A stretch of 64,000 nt of DNA from an uncultured Actinomycetes bacterium (GCA_963755025.1 CAVWIH010000030.1:32001-96000), one strand, 5' to 3'. Counted from the first letter of the stretch, positions 22,464-34,278 are shown. The notes: a model not told the origin generated them from the sequence alone. Program-made: numbers and translations.

Positions 22464-24131
22464 ATGAAGGATGGCCAGGCCATCATCGCCGAGATCGGCG
22501 CCACGATCGCCTCGACGCTCGAAGTCGGCGACGTCATGGCGACGATCGCGCGCCAGGTCGGCGAAGCCTTCGGCGTCTACTCGTGCGACATCCACCGCTA
22601 CGACCCCGAAGCCGACCTCCTCACCTACCTCGCCTTCTGGGACCTCGAGCTCGATCGCGGCGACGCCCCCTGGGTGTGCGAGTCGCACCACCAGGTGAGC
22701 CAGCAGGTGACCGGCGAGCCGTTCCACCCCGACCTGCGCCCCAGCTTCCTGCCCACCGTGCACGAAGGCAAGATGATCGAGGTGCACCGCGACGACCCCG
22801 GCCTTGCCGCCGCCGAGGCACGCGAGATGGATCGCTGGAGCGAAAAGTCCACGCTCGACGCGCCCCTGCAGTTCGACGGCCGCATCATCGGCGTCCTGGG
22901 CCTCGTCGAAACGCGCTCGTGCCGGCGCTTCAGCGCCGCCGAGAAGGAGCTGCTCTCGCAGATCGCGGCGCTGGCCGCCGTCGCCATCCGCAACGCCGAC
23001 CTCTTCGAGCGGCTCGACCGCCAGAACCGCTCGCTCAAGTCGCTGCTCGAAGCCAGCCGGGCGCTGACCTCCACGGTGGGCCTCGACGAGACCCTCACCG
23101 TCATGGCGCAGTCCGCGGCCGAGGCCCTCAAGGCGCCCGGCTGCGCCATCTACGAATACCTCGAGACCGACACCGCCCTCGTGCCGCGCACCTCGTACGG
23201 CGCGGTGCAGGTCGAGCCCGAGAACATCGCCATCCCGATCGCGCGCCACTCCGGCGACCGGCTGGCGCTGCTGCGCCGCGAGATCGTGCTGGAGCGTGTC
23301 ACCGACCACACGGTGCCGGCCGCCGTGCGCGACGCCATGAAGGCCTCGGGCGAGCTCACCCACCTTCACATCCCGCTCATCTTCGGCGACGAGCGGCTGG
23401 GCACGCTGCTCCTCGTCGAATCGTCGGCGGAGCGCGAGTTCACCACTTACGAGCTCGAGCTGGCGCGCGGCCTCGGCGAGCACGCCGCCGCCGCGCTGCA
23501 CGCCGGGCGCGCCTACCAGGCGGTGCAGCTCCAGGCGCTGACCGACGGTCTCACCGGCCTGTTCAACTACCGCCACCTGGGCAACCGCCTGCGCGAAGAG
23601 ACGGCCCGCTTTCGGCGCTACGCCACGCCGCTGTCGCTGCTCATGTTCGACGTCGACGACTTCAAGCGGTTCAACGACAAGTACGGCCACCAGGTCGGCG
23701 ACATGGCGCTCGTGGCGCTCGCCCGGGTGCTGCGCGACACGCTGCGCGCCGACATCGACATCATCTGCCGCTACGGCGGCGACGAGTTCGCCGCCCTGCT
23801 GCCCAACACCACCCTGCTGGCCGACGCCGAGAGCGCCGGCGGCCACGACGGGCTCGACGGCCACGAGAACCTGCGCGCCGAAGGCGCCCTCGCAACCGCC
23901 GAACGGCTGCGCACCGCGGTCGAACAGCACTGCCGCAACGCGGTGCAGCCCGCGCTGCCCGAAAGCATCACAGTGAGCATCGGGGTCTCGGCCGTGACCG
24001 ACCGGCCGCTCACGCCCGACGAGCTCGTCGCCGCCGCCGACAAGGCGCTCTACCTGGCCAAGCGCCGCGGCCAGAACCGCGTGGCCAGCTTCTGCCACGG
24101 CGGGCCGCTCGAAGCCGTCACGCCCGTTTAG
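22464..24131 (+). CDS. GAF-GAF-GGDEF diguanylate cyclase
   Basis: Two GAF-like repeats (APL..G..G, R.FS..EKELL), TDGLTGLFN, DVDDFK.FND.YGH, RYGGDEF. Confidence 0.9.
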   Translation: MKDGQAIIAEIGATIASTLEVGDVMATIARQVGEAFGVYSCDIHRYDPEADLLTYLAFWDLELDRGDAPWVCESHHQVSQQVTGEPFHPDLRPSFLPTVHEGKMIEVHRDDPGLAAAEAREMDRWSEKSTLDAPLQFDGRIIGVLGLVETRSCRRFSAAEKELLSQIAALAAVAIRNADLFERLDRQNRSLKSLLEASRALTSTVGLDETLTVMAQSAAEALKAPGCAIYEYLETDTALVPRTSYGAVQVEPENIAIPIARHSGDRLALLRREIVLERVTDHTVPAAVRDAMKASGELTHLHIPLIFGDERLGTLLLVESSAEREFTTYELELARGLGEHAAAALHAGRAYQAVQLQALTDGLTGLFNYRHLGNRLREETARFRRYATPLSLLMFDVDDFKRFNDKYGHQVGDMALVALARVLRDTLRADIDIICRYGGDEFAALLPNTTLLADAESAGGHDGLDGHENLRAEGALATAERLRTAVEQHCRNAVQPALPESITVSIGVSAVTDRPLTPDELVAAADKALYLAKRRGQNRVASFCHGGPLEAVTPV

Positions 24132-25029
24132 GCCTCTCGTAGCGCTGCGCCTTCTCGTCCCAGCCGCCCAGGTCGACCGCGGCGCGGTAGGCGCTGCGTA
24201 GGAACTCCGCCACGACCGCCGCCGGGTCCATGCTCGCCCGCACCTCGTCGTAGGGCAGCACCCACTCGCCCATGGCCTCCACCCAGCCCGCCGCCGCGGG
24301 TTCGATGCGCGCGGTCGCGCAGCCGTCGGGCCGGGGGTGGATGTAGGCGTAGACGACGGCGTGCGGCGAGGCGTCGTCGCCGGGCCAGAGGCCGGCGTTC
24401 AGGTGCTCGGCGTCGAGGTCGTAGCGCATGATGTGCCCCACGCCCGCCGGCGGCGTCACCTGGCGGCCGGTGAAGAGCAGCACGGCCAGATCGCAGGCGC
24501 CCCACCAGAACTGCACGCCGGTCCTGCCGAAGAACGGCGAGCGGAACTCGTCGAACACGCCGTACAGCGAGCCCAGCAGCCGGTGAAAGCGCTGCGCCTG
24601 GTCAAGGTCGAAGGGCCGCGCCTCGTCGTCGTCGGCGAAGGGCGTGGCGTCGGCGATCTCCTGGGGCCTGTCGGAGAGCGGGGCGTCGACGCCGATCTGC
24701 CGCAGACCGGCCTGGAACTCCTCCCACACCGCGGCGACGCTGCGCTCGCCCACGAGCGCGACCTCGGCCGCCCGCGCGTCGCTCGCGCGCAGGCGCACGG
24801 CGCCGTCGAACAGGTCGATGGCGGCGTCGACCACCCGTCCGTGCCACGGCAGCGGTCCGGTCGCCAGGCCGCGGGCGCTCAGCTGCAGCCCCGTGTGCAG
24901 CCACTCGGGCTGGGCGGGATCGAGCGCGAGCTTGAGCTTGCCCAGCATCTGGGCGTAGAGGTGGAGCGCTTTCTTGGTCGGCGCCCACTCCTCGTAGGGC
25001 AGCTCCGGCCAGGGGTCGTGAACGATCAT
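24118..25029 (-). CDS. DUF5996-like protein
   Basis: WPELPYEEW..T...LH..QMLGK, QFWWG..DLA, GLWPG, YAY..P.P.G. Confidence 0.75.
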   Translation of the reverse strand: MIVHDPWPELPYEEWAPTKKALHLYAQMLGKLKLALDPAQPEWLHTGLQLSARGLATGPLPWHGRVVDAAIDLFDGAVRLRASDARAAEVALVGERSVAAVWEEFQAGLRQIGVDAPLSDRPQEIADATPFADDDEARPFDLDQAQRFHRLLGSLYGVFDEFRSPFFGRTGVQFWWGACDLAVLLFTGRQVTPPAGVGHIMRYDLDAEHLNAGLWPGDDASPHAVVYAYIHPRPDGCATARIEPAAAGWVEAMGEWVLPYDEVRASMDPAAVVAEFLRSAYRAAVDLGGWDEKAQRYERPKRA

Positions 25030-25133
25030 CGTGCGCCTCCCGGGGGATCGGTCTCTCGCGGGCCATCCTTTCTTGGCAACGCCTGTCGGAAACCTGCGAG
25101 GCTGCCACTAGCGTCAACGTACGTAACGGCTCC

Positions 25134-25162
25134 TTGACGACGACCGAAGCGCGGTGTAAAAG
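25134..25162 (+). promoter_or_regulatory. Putative sigma70 promoter
   Basis: TTGACG-N17-TAAAAG about 50 bp before the BNR-repeat gene. Confidence 0.4.
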
Positions 25163-25211
25163 CCGGTCAAGCTCACCCATCGAGACCGGCCGAAACCACG
25201 GGGGGAACGTC

Positions 25212-27452
25212 ATGTCGCCTAGCCTCAGCCGTCGAGCGCTGCCTTCCCTCGTGATCGTCGCGATAGCTGGGGCGGCGCTCGCGGTGCTGGGAGCGCTCGC
25301 CGCGCCCTCGATCGCCGCGGCGTCGGTGTCGACCGGCGACGGCAGCTGGGTGTGGCAGAACCCGCAGCCCGTGGCGTCTTCATCGACGCCGTGAGCTTCG
25401 TGTCGGCCACCCAGGGCTGGGCGGTCGGCGACGGCGGCGCCGTCCTCCTCACCATGAACGGCGGCGCCACCTGGACCGCCGAGCACTCGGGCACCAGCGC
25501 CCGCCTGTCCGGAGTCGACTTCACCGACGCGCTGCACGGCTGGGCGGTCGGCCAGTCCGGCAGCGACGGTCTTGTGCTGGCGACCGCGAACGGCGGCCTG
25601 TCCTGGCGCGGGCAGCACACGATCGCCGGCTACGGGCTCGTCGGGGTCGCCTTCGCCGACGCCCGACACGGCTGGGCAGTGGGCGAATGCGGCACGGTGA
25701 TCGCCACCACCGACGGCGGCGCGCACTGGAAGGCGCAGTCGGGCCCGGTCACCGACAGCGTGTACGGCGTCGCCTGCTCCGGCACGCTGCGGGCCTGGGT
25801 CGCAAGCGACAGCGGCCAGATCGAGGCGACGACCGACGGCGGCAAGCACTGGAAGCTCCAGGGTGTCGGCGTCACCGACGAAGACCTGAACGCCGTGACC
25901 TTCGTCAACGCACGCGACGGCTGGGCGGTCGGCGGAGACGGGGCGATCATGGCCACGACCCACGGCGGCACGCACTGGAGGCTGCAGGGCGCCGGCGTCA
26001 CGTCGCAGTACCTGAGCGACATCTCCTTCCGCGACGCCCTGCATGGCTACGCGGTCGGCAACACGGGCACCGTGCTGCGCACGTCCAACGGCGGCAGGGC
26101 GTGGACCCTGGCGAGCTCGCCCACCACGGTCAGCCTCGGCGCGGTCGCGGCGACGGCGTCGGGCAGGGCCTGCGTGGTGGGGCGCAACGGGGTCTCGCTG
26201 CTCACCACCAACGGCGGCGGTACCTGGACCCCGCACGGCGGGCAGGGCCCAACGAGCGAGCTCGACGCGGTGAGCTTTCCCGACGCGCTCGACGGCTGGA
26301 CCACGGGCAACGGCGGAGCCACCGTACTACACACCGCCGACGGTGGCGCCACGTGGACGCCTCAGACCGTCGACCCGGCGGCGGCGCTGAGGAGCGTAGC
26401 GCTTCTGCGACGCACAGCACGGCTGGGCGGTCGGCCAGGCCGGCGAGATCTACGGCACCACCGACGGCGGGCAGAGCTGGCAGCCGCAAGGCGCGGGAGC
26501 GACGACGCAGGTCCTCGACGACGTGGCCACGACCGACGCCCAGCACGCCTGGGCGACCGGCGAGGACGGCACCATCGTCGCCACGACCGACGGCGGGCAG
26601 ACCTGGACGCCGCAGAACGCGGACCTTCCGACCCTCTACTCCACCGACGTGGTGTACAAGGTGGCGTTCGCCGACGACCAGGTCGGCTGGGCTGCAGCCT
26701 TCAACGACGCGGCGGGCGACCGCGACGGCGCCATCCTGGGCACGACCGACGGCGGCGCGCACTGGGCCGTGCAGTACCAGAACGACGGCGACGAGATCTA
26801 CGGCGTGGCCTGCGCGGGCACGCACGACGCCTGGGTCGTGCCGGGCACGAACAGTACCGTGCACCGCACCACCGACGGCGGCGCGACCTGGACCACGGTC
26901 GGCCTCGGCGCGCTCAGCAACGGCGTGCTCAACGTCGCCTTTGCCCCCGACGCGCTCCACGGCTGGGCGACCATCTGGCGGCCGCTCGACGGCGTCATCG
27001 CCACCACCGACGGCGGCGCCACCTGGGCCCTCCAGGACGTGGGGGCGGGGCAGTCGCTGTACGGCCTCACCTGCGCCGACGCGAGCCACGCCTGGGTCAC
27101 CGGCGAAGACGGCGGGATCCTGGCGACGGCTACCGGCGGCGTGCGCGACGCCACGCGGCCAAAGACGCTCGCGCTGCGCGCCGTCACGGTCAGGCGCGAT
27201 CGCGTCTGCAGCCTGCCCTACGAGGTGAGCGACGCGGGCGGCGGCACGGCCCTGGTCGTCATCGAGATCAAGACCGCCCACGGCGCGCTGGTCCGTTCGT
27301 TCACCCTCGGCTCGCGCGCCGAGAACACGCGCCTGTCGCTGTCGCTCAAGGCGACGATGGCGAAGGGCGGCTACCGCTGGTACGTCTATGCGAGCGACGC
27401 CGCCGGCAACACGCAGTCAAGCGTGGGGATGGCCAAGCTGACCGTCAAGTAG
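25212..27452 (+). CDS. Secreted BNR/Asp-box (YCF48-like) beta-propeller protein with C-terminal Ig-like domain (frameshifts near 25378 and 26400)
   Basis: Signal peptide; many GWAVG...TTDGG..W repeats across three frames; C-terminal YRWYVYASDAAGN. Confidence 0.85.
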
Positions 27453-27467
27453 AGGGAGAGACCTGGC

Positions 27468-29245
27468 TCAGCCGCGGCGGCTCGCGCGCGGCACGGTCGC
27501 GATGGGCATGCGCCAGCCCATGCCGAACGCCCGGTCGGTGACCTTGATGCCGGGCGCCGCCTGCTTGCGCTTGAACTCGTTCACCGCGACGAGGCGCACG
27601 ACGCGCGCCACGATCGCCTCGTCGTAGCCCCGCGCGGCGATCTCGGCCACGCCCAGATGCTCCTCGATGAGCAGGGCGAGGATGGCGTCGAGCACCTCGT
27701 AGGGCGGCAGGCTGTCCTGGTCTGTCTGATCGGGGCGCAGCTCGGCCGAAGGCGGCTTGTCGATGATCGCCCGCGGCACAACCTCGGCGTCGCGCCGTTC
27801 GTTCAGCCAGCGCGCCACCGCGTAGACCATGGTCTTGGGCACGTCCGAGATGACCGCGAGCCCGCCCGACATGTCGCCGTAGATGGTGCAGTAGCCCACG
27901 GCGAGCTCCGACTTGTTGCCCGTGGTGAGCAGCAGCGCGTCGAACTTGTTGGACAGCGCCATGAGCAGGTTGCCGCGTATGCGCGCCTGGATGTTCTCTT
28001 CGGTGACGTCCGGCGCGAGTCCGGCGAACACGGGCGCAAGCGCGGTGTCGTAGGCGCCCATGAGGTCGGCGATGGGCAGCGTCACGGTGCGCAACCCGAG
28101 GCCGTCGGCCAGAGCCTGAGCGTCGCTCACGCTGCCCGCGCTCGAGTACGGCGAGGGCATGAGCACGGCGAGCACGTTGTCGGGGCCGAGCGCCTCGGCG
28201 GCCACGGCGGCCACCAGGGCCGAGTCGATGCCGCCCGACAGGCCGAGCAGCACGCTGGTAAAGCCGCTCTTGCTCACGTAGTCGCGCACGCCCAGAACGA
28301 GCGCGCGCCACACCTCGGCGGCCGGCGTGAAGTCGTCGGGGGCCAGCGCGGCCGGGCGGGCGGCGGGCTCAGGCCCTGAAGCGCCCGCCGAGCGCGCGGC
28401 GCCTGCCGAGTCGCGCGGCGCCTGCTGAGCGCGCGGCGCCTGCCGAGCGCGCGGCGCCGCTGCGAGCCCAGCCCGCCCAACTCGTCGAGGTCGACGACCA
28501 TCACGTCGGGCGCGAAGGCCGCGGCGCGCGCGACGAGCTCGCCGCCGGCGGCGAAGGCGCAGCTGCGGCCGTCGAAGACGAGCTCGTCGGCGCCGCCCAC
28601 CTGGTTGACGTAGATCACCGGCACGCCGTGCTTGCGCGCGATGGCGCCGAGCATGGCCTCGCGGTGGCGCTGCTTGCCTATGCTGAACGGCGACGCCGAG
28701 AGGTTGAGGACGCACGAGGCGCCGGCGGCCACGAGGTCGTCGACCGGGTCGCTGTGGTAGCGCGGCCGCTGCCAGAAGTCGCGGTCGTTCCAGACGTCTT
28801 CGCAGACCGAGATGCCGAAGCGCAGGCCGTCCCAGGCGAGCACCTGCGGCCCGCCGGCCGGCTCGAAGTAGCGGTCTTCGTCGAAGACGTCGTAGGTGGG
28901 CAGCAGCGTCTTGCGAAACACCCGGCGCACGGTGCCGCCGGCGAGCAGCGCGGCGGCGTTGTAGAGCGGCTTGCCGGCGCCCTCGTTGGTCTCGGCCAGA
29001 CCGAGCAGGAGCGCCGGCCCGCCCGCCAGCGCGCGGGCGAGCTCTTCGCACACGGCCCAGCCGCGCGCCACGAACGCGCGCCGCAGCAGCAGGTCGCGCG
29101 GCGGATAGCCCAGCAACGAGAGCTCCGAGGCCACGGCAAGGCCGGCCCCCGCGCGAGCGGCCACGGCGGCCGCGTCGGCGAGCAGGGCGGCATTGCCCTC
29201 GATGTCGCCCACCGTCGGGTCGATCTGCAGGAGCGCCAGCTTCAT
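27468..29245 (-). CDS. nadE: Glutamine-dependent NAD+ synthetase (frameshift in linker near 28400)
   Basis: Nitrilase domain ([28 protein letters not shown]) plus [29 protein letters not shown]. Confidence 0.93.
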
Positions 29246-29516
29246 AGCTGGGCACGCTATCACGCCTGCCGCCGCGCCGCTCGGTAGCGCGCCCTCGCGC
29301 ACACGATGGGCGGCGACCATCGGGGCCATAACGGCCGCGACGGAAGCGCGGTAGAGTAGTCGCGACACTCCTCCGGCGAGTGTCGGGCGAGGGCAACGAG
29401 GGGTCGAAAGGTGGTCGGCATGCACGAGCACGAGAGGCGCCGCCACGTCACACGACGGGTCGTCGCACGACGGGCCGTCACACGACGGGCCGGTCATCGG
29501 CGAGCGGCGCTGGCCC

Positions 29517-30131
29517 ATGGCCGCGGCCGTGCTGGCGGTGATCGCTCTGACGATCCTGCTGCCGAACAGCCTCGTGGTGCGCCCGCGCTGGGGCGTGCCC
29601 ATCGTCGAGGCCATCCTGCTCGTGGCGGTGATGATCGGCGACCCGGGCAAGATCGACCGGCGCTCGCGGCCGGTGCGCACGCTCTCGGTCACGCTCATCG
29701 CGCTGCTCGTGGCCACGACCCTGTGGTGCACGGGAGAGCTCATCGTCCAGCTCATCCGCGGCGGCTCCGCGACCAACTCGGCGGGGCTGCTGCTGGCCGC
29801 CGGGGGCCTCGTCTGGGCTTCGAACGTGATCGCCTTCGGCCTGCTCTACTGGGAGCTCGACAGCGGCGGCCCGGCGGTGCGCGCCCACGGCCTGCCGCGC
29901 TACCCGAGCTTCGCCTTTCCCGAGCAGCTCACCCCCGAGCTCGCGCCGCCCGACTGGCGCCCGCGCTTCATCGACTACCTCTACCTGGGCTTCACGAGCG
30001 CCACCGCGTTCAGTCCGACCGACACCATGCCCATGCGCCCCTGGGCTAAAGTCGCCATGATGCTCCAGTCGAGCATCTCGCTCGTGCTCCTCGGCCTCGT
30101 GGTGGCGCGCGCCGTCAACGTGCTGAAGTAA
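29517..30131 (+). CDS. DUF1345-like membrane protein (second copy; true start probably upstream near 29420)
   Basis: GERRWPM, LLYWELDSGGP, FIDYLYLG, AFSPTDTMP, VARAVN. Confidence 0.8.
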   Translation: MAAAVLAVIALTILLPNSLVVRPRWGVPIVEAILLVAVMIGDPGKIDRRSRPVRTLSVTLIALLVATTLWCTGELIVQLIRGGSATNSAGLLLAAGGLVWASNVIAFGLLYWELDSGGPAVRAHGLPRYPSFAFPEQLTPELAPPDWRPRFIDYLYLGFTSATAFSPTDTMPMRPWAKVAMMLQSSISLVLLGLVVARAVNVLK

Positions 30132-33100
30132 CGACGGGGATACGGCCCGTGAAGATGTTGCCGGTGCGGCCGTCGATCGACAGCCAGTCGCCGGCGCGCA
30201 GCTCGGTGCCCGCCAGGCGCGCCACTCCTTCGCGCTCCACGACCTCGAGGTCGCGGCAGTCGACCACGGCGGTCTTGCCCAGGCGCTTGGCCGTGACGGC
30301 GGCGTGCGAGGTGGCCCCGCCGCGCGCCGTGAGGATGGCGTCGACCCGGGTGATGATGGCGATGTCTTCGGGCACCGTGTCGGGGCGCAGCAGCACGATG
30401 TCGTCGCCCGGCGACTCGGCCAGCAGCTCCTCGATCTGCCGGGCGTCGACCGCCACCCGCCCCGAGTAGGCGCCGCCCGCGACCCCCGTGCCGACGGCGA
30501 CCGGAGGCCCGTAGTTCGGCGAGGTGGTGTCGAAGTAGGCCGAGTCTCTGGCCTGCTCCTGCACGACGGCGCGCTTCTGCAGCACGAAGAGGTCGTCGGC
30601 CGCCGGCGACTCGAAGGTGAACTCGATCTCCTGGGGGTCGTAGTCGTGCTCGTCGACCAGCTCGCGAGCGACCGCCAGCAACCTGCCGTAGATCGCCGGG
30701 AAGTCGTGTTCGAGGGAGTGCGCCGCGCCGCGGTAGGTGGGACTGCCCAGGCGCTGCGCCTCGGAGACCGGCAGCGGGAACACGAGGCCGCCGACCAGGT
30801 CTTCGCCCTGGCTGCGCACGGCGTAGTCGCCGAACAGCCGCACCTGGTGGCTGTAAGGCTCGAGCGGGTTGTGCGTGAACGCCACCCCCGAGCCCGACTC
30901 GCGGCTCAGGTTGCCGAAGACCATGCGCTGCACGACCACGGCCGTGCCCCACTCCTCGGCCACGCCGATGTACTGCCGGAAGAGCCGTGCGTGCGCCGAG
31001 TCCCACGACTCGAGCACCTTGAACACGCAGGCCACGAGCTGGTCGAAGGGATCGTCGACGAACTCCACGCCCGCCTGCCGCGCCCGCTCTTTGTAGGCAA
31101 AGGCGATCTCGCGCATCTGCGCGGCGCTGAAGTCGAGCTTCTGGGCCACGGCGTAGCGGTCTTTGAACTCGGTCATGATGGCGTCGAACACGTCGCGCTC
31201 GACGCCCGACGACATGGCCCACGACTGCAGGAAGCGCCGGTAGCTGTCCCAGGCGGCCCACGTCAGCCGGGGCTCGTCGGCGAGCGCCGCCGCGAGCTCG
31301 TCGTTCAGGCCCACGTTGACGAAGGTCGTCATGAGGCCGGGCATCGACACGGCGGCGCCGGAGCGGATCGAGAGCAGCAGGGCGTGCGCCGGGTCGCCGA
31401 GGCGCAGCCCGGTCGCCGCCTCGAGCTCCCCCAGAGCGGCACGGATGCGCTCGATGGTGTCGTCGTAGAGCGGCCGGTACGACATCGCCGGCAGGGCGCT
31501 GAAGAGCTCGGTGCTGAGCACGAAGCCCTCGGGCACGTTGTGCCCGTACGACGCCATCTGCTTGAGCCCCAGGCCCTTGAAGCCCAGCGTGCGCTGGTCG
31601 TCGGTGCCCGGCTTGGCCCGGTGCAGCGGCGACACCAGGCGTTCGGGGTCGTAGTTCATCATGCGGGTCAGGGCCTGGCCGCTGAGCCGCCCGTTCAGCA
31701 GGGAGATCTCGCGCAGCGCCGCCGCGGCGTAGCGGTCGAGGGCCTGCATGCCGAGCGCCGACACGAGGACGTCGCGCAGCACCATCTCGGCGACGGCGTC
31801 GACCGTGAGGCCGCGCGCTTCGCACTGCCGCGTGTCGTTGCTGAGCACGGTGTGCAACACCTGGTCGTGGCTCGCCACGGCGTGCGTCGAGAGCTCGGTC
31901 ACGCTGTTGACCAGGAACTGGAACACGTTCTGGTACTGGCCGAAGGTGAAGTTGTGGCTGCCGAAGCTCGAGTCGAGCATGTCGAGGTTGGTCTCGAGCA
32001 CGCGCGAGTCGACCCCGTCGATCGCCAGGGCCCGCTCGAAGCGCTTCATGGCGGCCGACATGCGGGAGAGCGAGTAGCGCGTGACGTAGGGCTCGATGCC
32101 CTCGGCGACCAGGTCGTCGAAGAGCCGGTCGACCAGGTTCTCCACGCGGAACGACAGGCCCAGGGCGTCGAACTTCTGCTCGTTGTAGTTGCCGTAGATC
32201 GAGGGGATGCCGGCGGCTATGTGGCGCTTCTGGTAGATGTTCTCGGTCGAGATCGAGACCAGCGGACTGAGCACGATCGCCTTGAGCTCTTCGAGCACGG
32301 TGAGGGCCGCGTCGAGCAGGGCGTCGCGCGTGGCGGCGCCCGGGGCGCGCTGCCAGGCGGCGAGCGCGCCCTCGAAGCGGCGGCGCACCCTGAGCTCGAG
32401 CACGAGGTGGCGGCCGACCGCGTGGCCCACGTCGTCGGCCGAGAGCGAGTACTTGTGGGCGAGCAGCTGATGGGTGCGCACCATCAAGGCGATGCGGCGA
32501 CCCTCGTCGCCGAGCGCCGCGCCCGGGCGGAGCGCGGCGAGCCGCTCGCCGAGGGCCTCGGGGCTGAGCGCGATGAGCCCGTCGAGGAACGCTTCGAGCT
32601 GGTCGCCGGCCGGCGGCCCGCCGTCGTGGCGTCCGCTCAGGGCGAGCAGCATCTCGTGCGGCCCCCACGCCCACTCCCCTTCGAGCCGCACCGCCGCCAG
32701 CGTGTTGGCCGACACGTAGGGCTCGAGCACGACGGGGTCGAGCGTCGCCCAGTAGTGCAGGACGGCCCGGCTGAAGGCGACCAGGCGGTTCGACGACTCG
32801 GCGTGGAGCTGCTTGCGCAAAAAGTGCACGAGCGAGTCGTGGCGCCCGCAGATCTCGTCGCCGTCGGTCGAGACGGTGCGCAGCTCGCCCTCGGCGCCCA
32901 CCTCGCTGAAGTACACCGGCAGCGTGCGCAGCAGCTGCTTGGCGACGAAGTAGATGGGCCTGATGTCGGCGTTCAGAAAGCGCGTGACGTCGCGCTGAAA
33001 GAGATCGGTGTCGGCGATGTACACGCCGCCCAGCCGCAACTGCACGTTGAGCGCGGCGGCCAGGCGCTCGTAGAGCGCCGGGTTCGACTCGATGATGTGC

Positions 33101-34278
33101 ATCCAGCAGCGGATCTTCGGCAGGTGATAGGGGTTGACGATCGTCCCCCAGTCGTCGGTGGCGCCGCTGATGTCGGGGTACTGGAAGCGCCACGACAGCA
33201 CGTCGTCGATCAGGTGGTCGACCGCCTTCGCGTCGGCGGCCTCGCCGATGGCGACGCCGATCGCCTCATAGCACTTGAAGCGCATCAGCAGGAACTGGTG
33301 GTCACGGCCGCGGAAGAAGGCGGTGAGGCGGCTGAGGATGCCCTCGACGTCGAGGTGGCGCGCGGGCTCCATGAGCTGCCCGACCACGCCCAGCAGCTCG
33401 ACCACGGCCTCCTTCTGGCGGTAGCCGAGGGTGTCGTCCTTCAAGAAGAACAGGCACACGGCGAAGCGGTCCTCGAGGTCGTCGAGGTGCGTGAGCTGGT
33501 CGAGGGCCCGCCCCAGGATGTCGGAGAACAGCGGCCAGGCGGGGCCAAGGAGCTCGCCTGCCGGCGCGCGGCGCACGCCGTCGGCGAGCGCGCCGGCGCG
33601 CGCTACCGCCAGAAAGTCGAAGCGCGCGGCCACGGCCGCGGCGTCGGTCAGGCCGGCGCCCTGGTCGCCCGCCCAGGCGGGCACGTCGAGGCGCTCGGCG
33701 ACCCGGCGATAGCCGACCAGCAGCACCTCGCGGTAGAGCTCGCAGAAGGGCGCCGCCGGCGCCGGGCGCGCGGCGACCCGCGCGACCAGGTCGCGCAGCA
33801 GCGAGTCGCGCTCAAGAAAGGCGGCCGGCCGGCGGTCGAGCAGCCCGGCGAGCGAGCCGGCGACCTGCGCGAGGGCGTCGTCGTAGGCCGCGCCGTAGGG
33901 GCCGTCGAGGGCGGCCGCGCACCACATGAGCAGCTCGCGCAGCGCCAGCGAGAACTGGTCGGCCGAGAGCGGCGACTCGAGCAGCCCGACCACGAGCTCG
34001 GCGAACAGCCCGAACAGCTCCGCGCGTTCGTCGGAGGCCTCGAAGTGGCTCCAGTTGTACAGGAGCGTCGTCTGAAAGCCGTCGATCAGGGCGTCGGCGT
34101 TGCGAAAGGCGTGAAAGTACTCGCCCATGGTCTCGACGAGCGAGGCGCGCACCCCGTAGAGCCCCTCGACCGCGTCGACCAGCGGCTGGTAGCGGTCGGG
34201 GATCACCACGTCTTGCGCCGTGCTCGCGATGTTCGCGCGCAGCGCGTCTGAGTCGAACGGCACCGGCGGGGTCTTCAT
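30115..34278 (-). CDS. Large PEP-utilizing/PPDK-like protein (unknown N-terminal region, ATP-grasp, phosphohistidine domain; no pyruvate-binding barrel)
   Basis: LGFKG..VPEGF, LSIRSGAAVSMPG, VQRMVFGN, QGEDLVGG, EIEFT..VLQKR, GGATSHAAV; ORF ends just after SIDGRTG. Confidence 0.85.
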   Translation of the reverse strand: MKTPPVPFDSDALRANIASTAQDVVIPDRYQPLVDAVEGLYGVRASLVETMGEYFHAFRNADALIDGFQTTLLYNWSHFEASDERAELFGLFAELVVGLLESPLSADQFSLALRELLMWCAAALDGPYGAAYDDALAQVAGSLAGLLDRRPAAFLERDSLLRDLVARVAARPAPAAPFCELYREVLLVGYRRVAERLDVPAWAGDQGAGLTDAAAVAARFDFLAVARAGALADGVRRAPAGELLGPAWPLFSDILGRALDQLTHLDDLEDRFAVCLFFLKDDTLGYRQKEAVVELLGVVGQLMEPARHLDVEGILSRLTAFFRGRDHQFLLMRFKCYEAIGVAIGEAADAKAVDHLIDDVLSWRFQYPDISGATDDWGTIVNPYHLPKIRCWMHIIESNPALYERLAAALNVQLRLGGVYIADTDLFQRDVTRFLNADIRPIYFVAKQLLRTLPVYFSEVGAEGELRTVSTDGDEICGRHDSLVHFLRKQLHAESSNRLVAFSRAVLHYWATLDPVVLEPYVSANTLAAVRLEGEWAWGPHEMLLALSGRHDGGPPAGDQLEAFLDGLIALSPEALGERLAALRPGAALGDEGRRIALMVRTHQLLAHKYSLSADDVGHAVGRHLVLELRVRRRFEGALAAWQRAPGAATRDALLDAALTVLEELKAIVLSPLVSISTENIYQKRHIAAGIPSIYGNYNEQKFDALGLSFRVENLVDRLFDDLVAEGIEPYVTRYSLSRMSAAMKRFERALAIDGVDSRVLETNLDMLDSSFGSHNFTFGQYQNVFQFLVNSVTELSTHAVASHDQVLHTVLSNDTRQCEARGLTVDAVAEMVLRDVLVSALGMQALDRYAAAALREISLLNGRLSGQALTRMMNYDPERLVSPLHRAKPGTDDQRTLGFKGLGLKQMASYGHNVPEGFVLSTELFSALPAMSYRPLYDDTIERIRAALGELEAATGLRLGDPAHALLLSIRSGAAVSMPGLMTTFVNVGLNDELAAALADEPRLTWAAWDSYRRFLQSWAMSSGVERDVFDAIMTEFKDRYAVAQKLDFSAAQMREIAFAYKERARQAGVEFVDDPFDQLVACVFKVLESWDSAHARLFRQYIGVAEEWGTAVVVQRMVFGNLSRESGSGVAFTHNPLEPYSHQVRLFGDYAVRSQGEDLVGGLVFPLPVSEAQRLGSPTYRGAAHSLEHDFPAIYGRLLAVARELVDEHDYDPQEIEFTFESPAADDLFVLQKRAVVQEQARDSAYFDTTSPNYGPPVAVGTGVAGGAYSGRVAVDARQIEELLAESPGDDIVLLRPDTVPEDIAIITRVDAILTARGGATSHAAVTAKRLGKTAVVDCRDLEVVEREGVARLAGTELRAGDWLSIDGRTGNIFTGRIPVVTSAR

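Noticed and set aside
30304-34251. 1315-aa plus-strand ORF and many similar long antisense or alternate-frame ORFs
   Set aside because: Shadow ORFs of high-GC coding sequence opposite well-supported genes; no recognizable motifs
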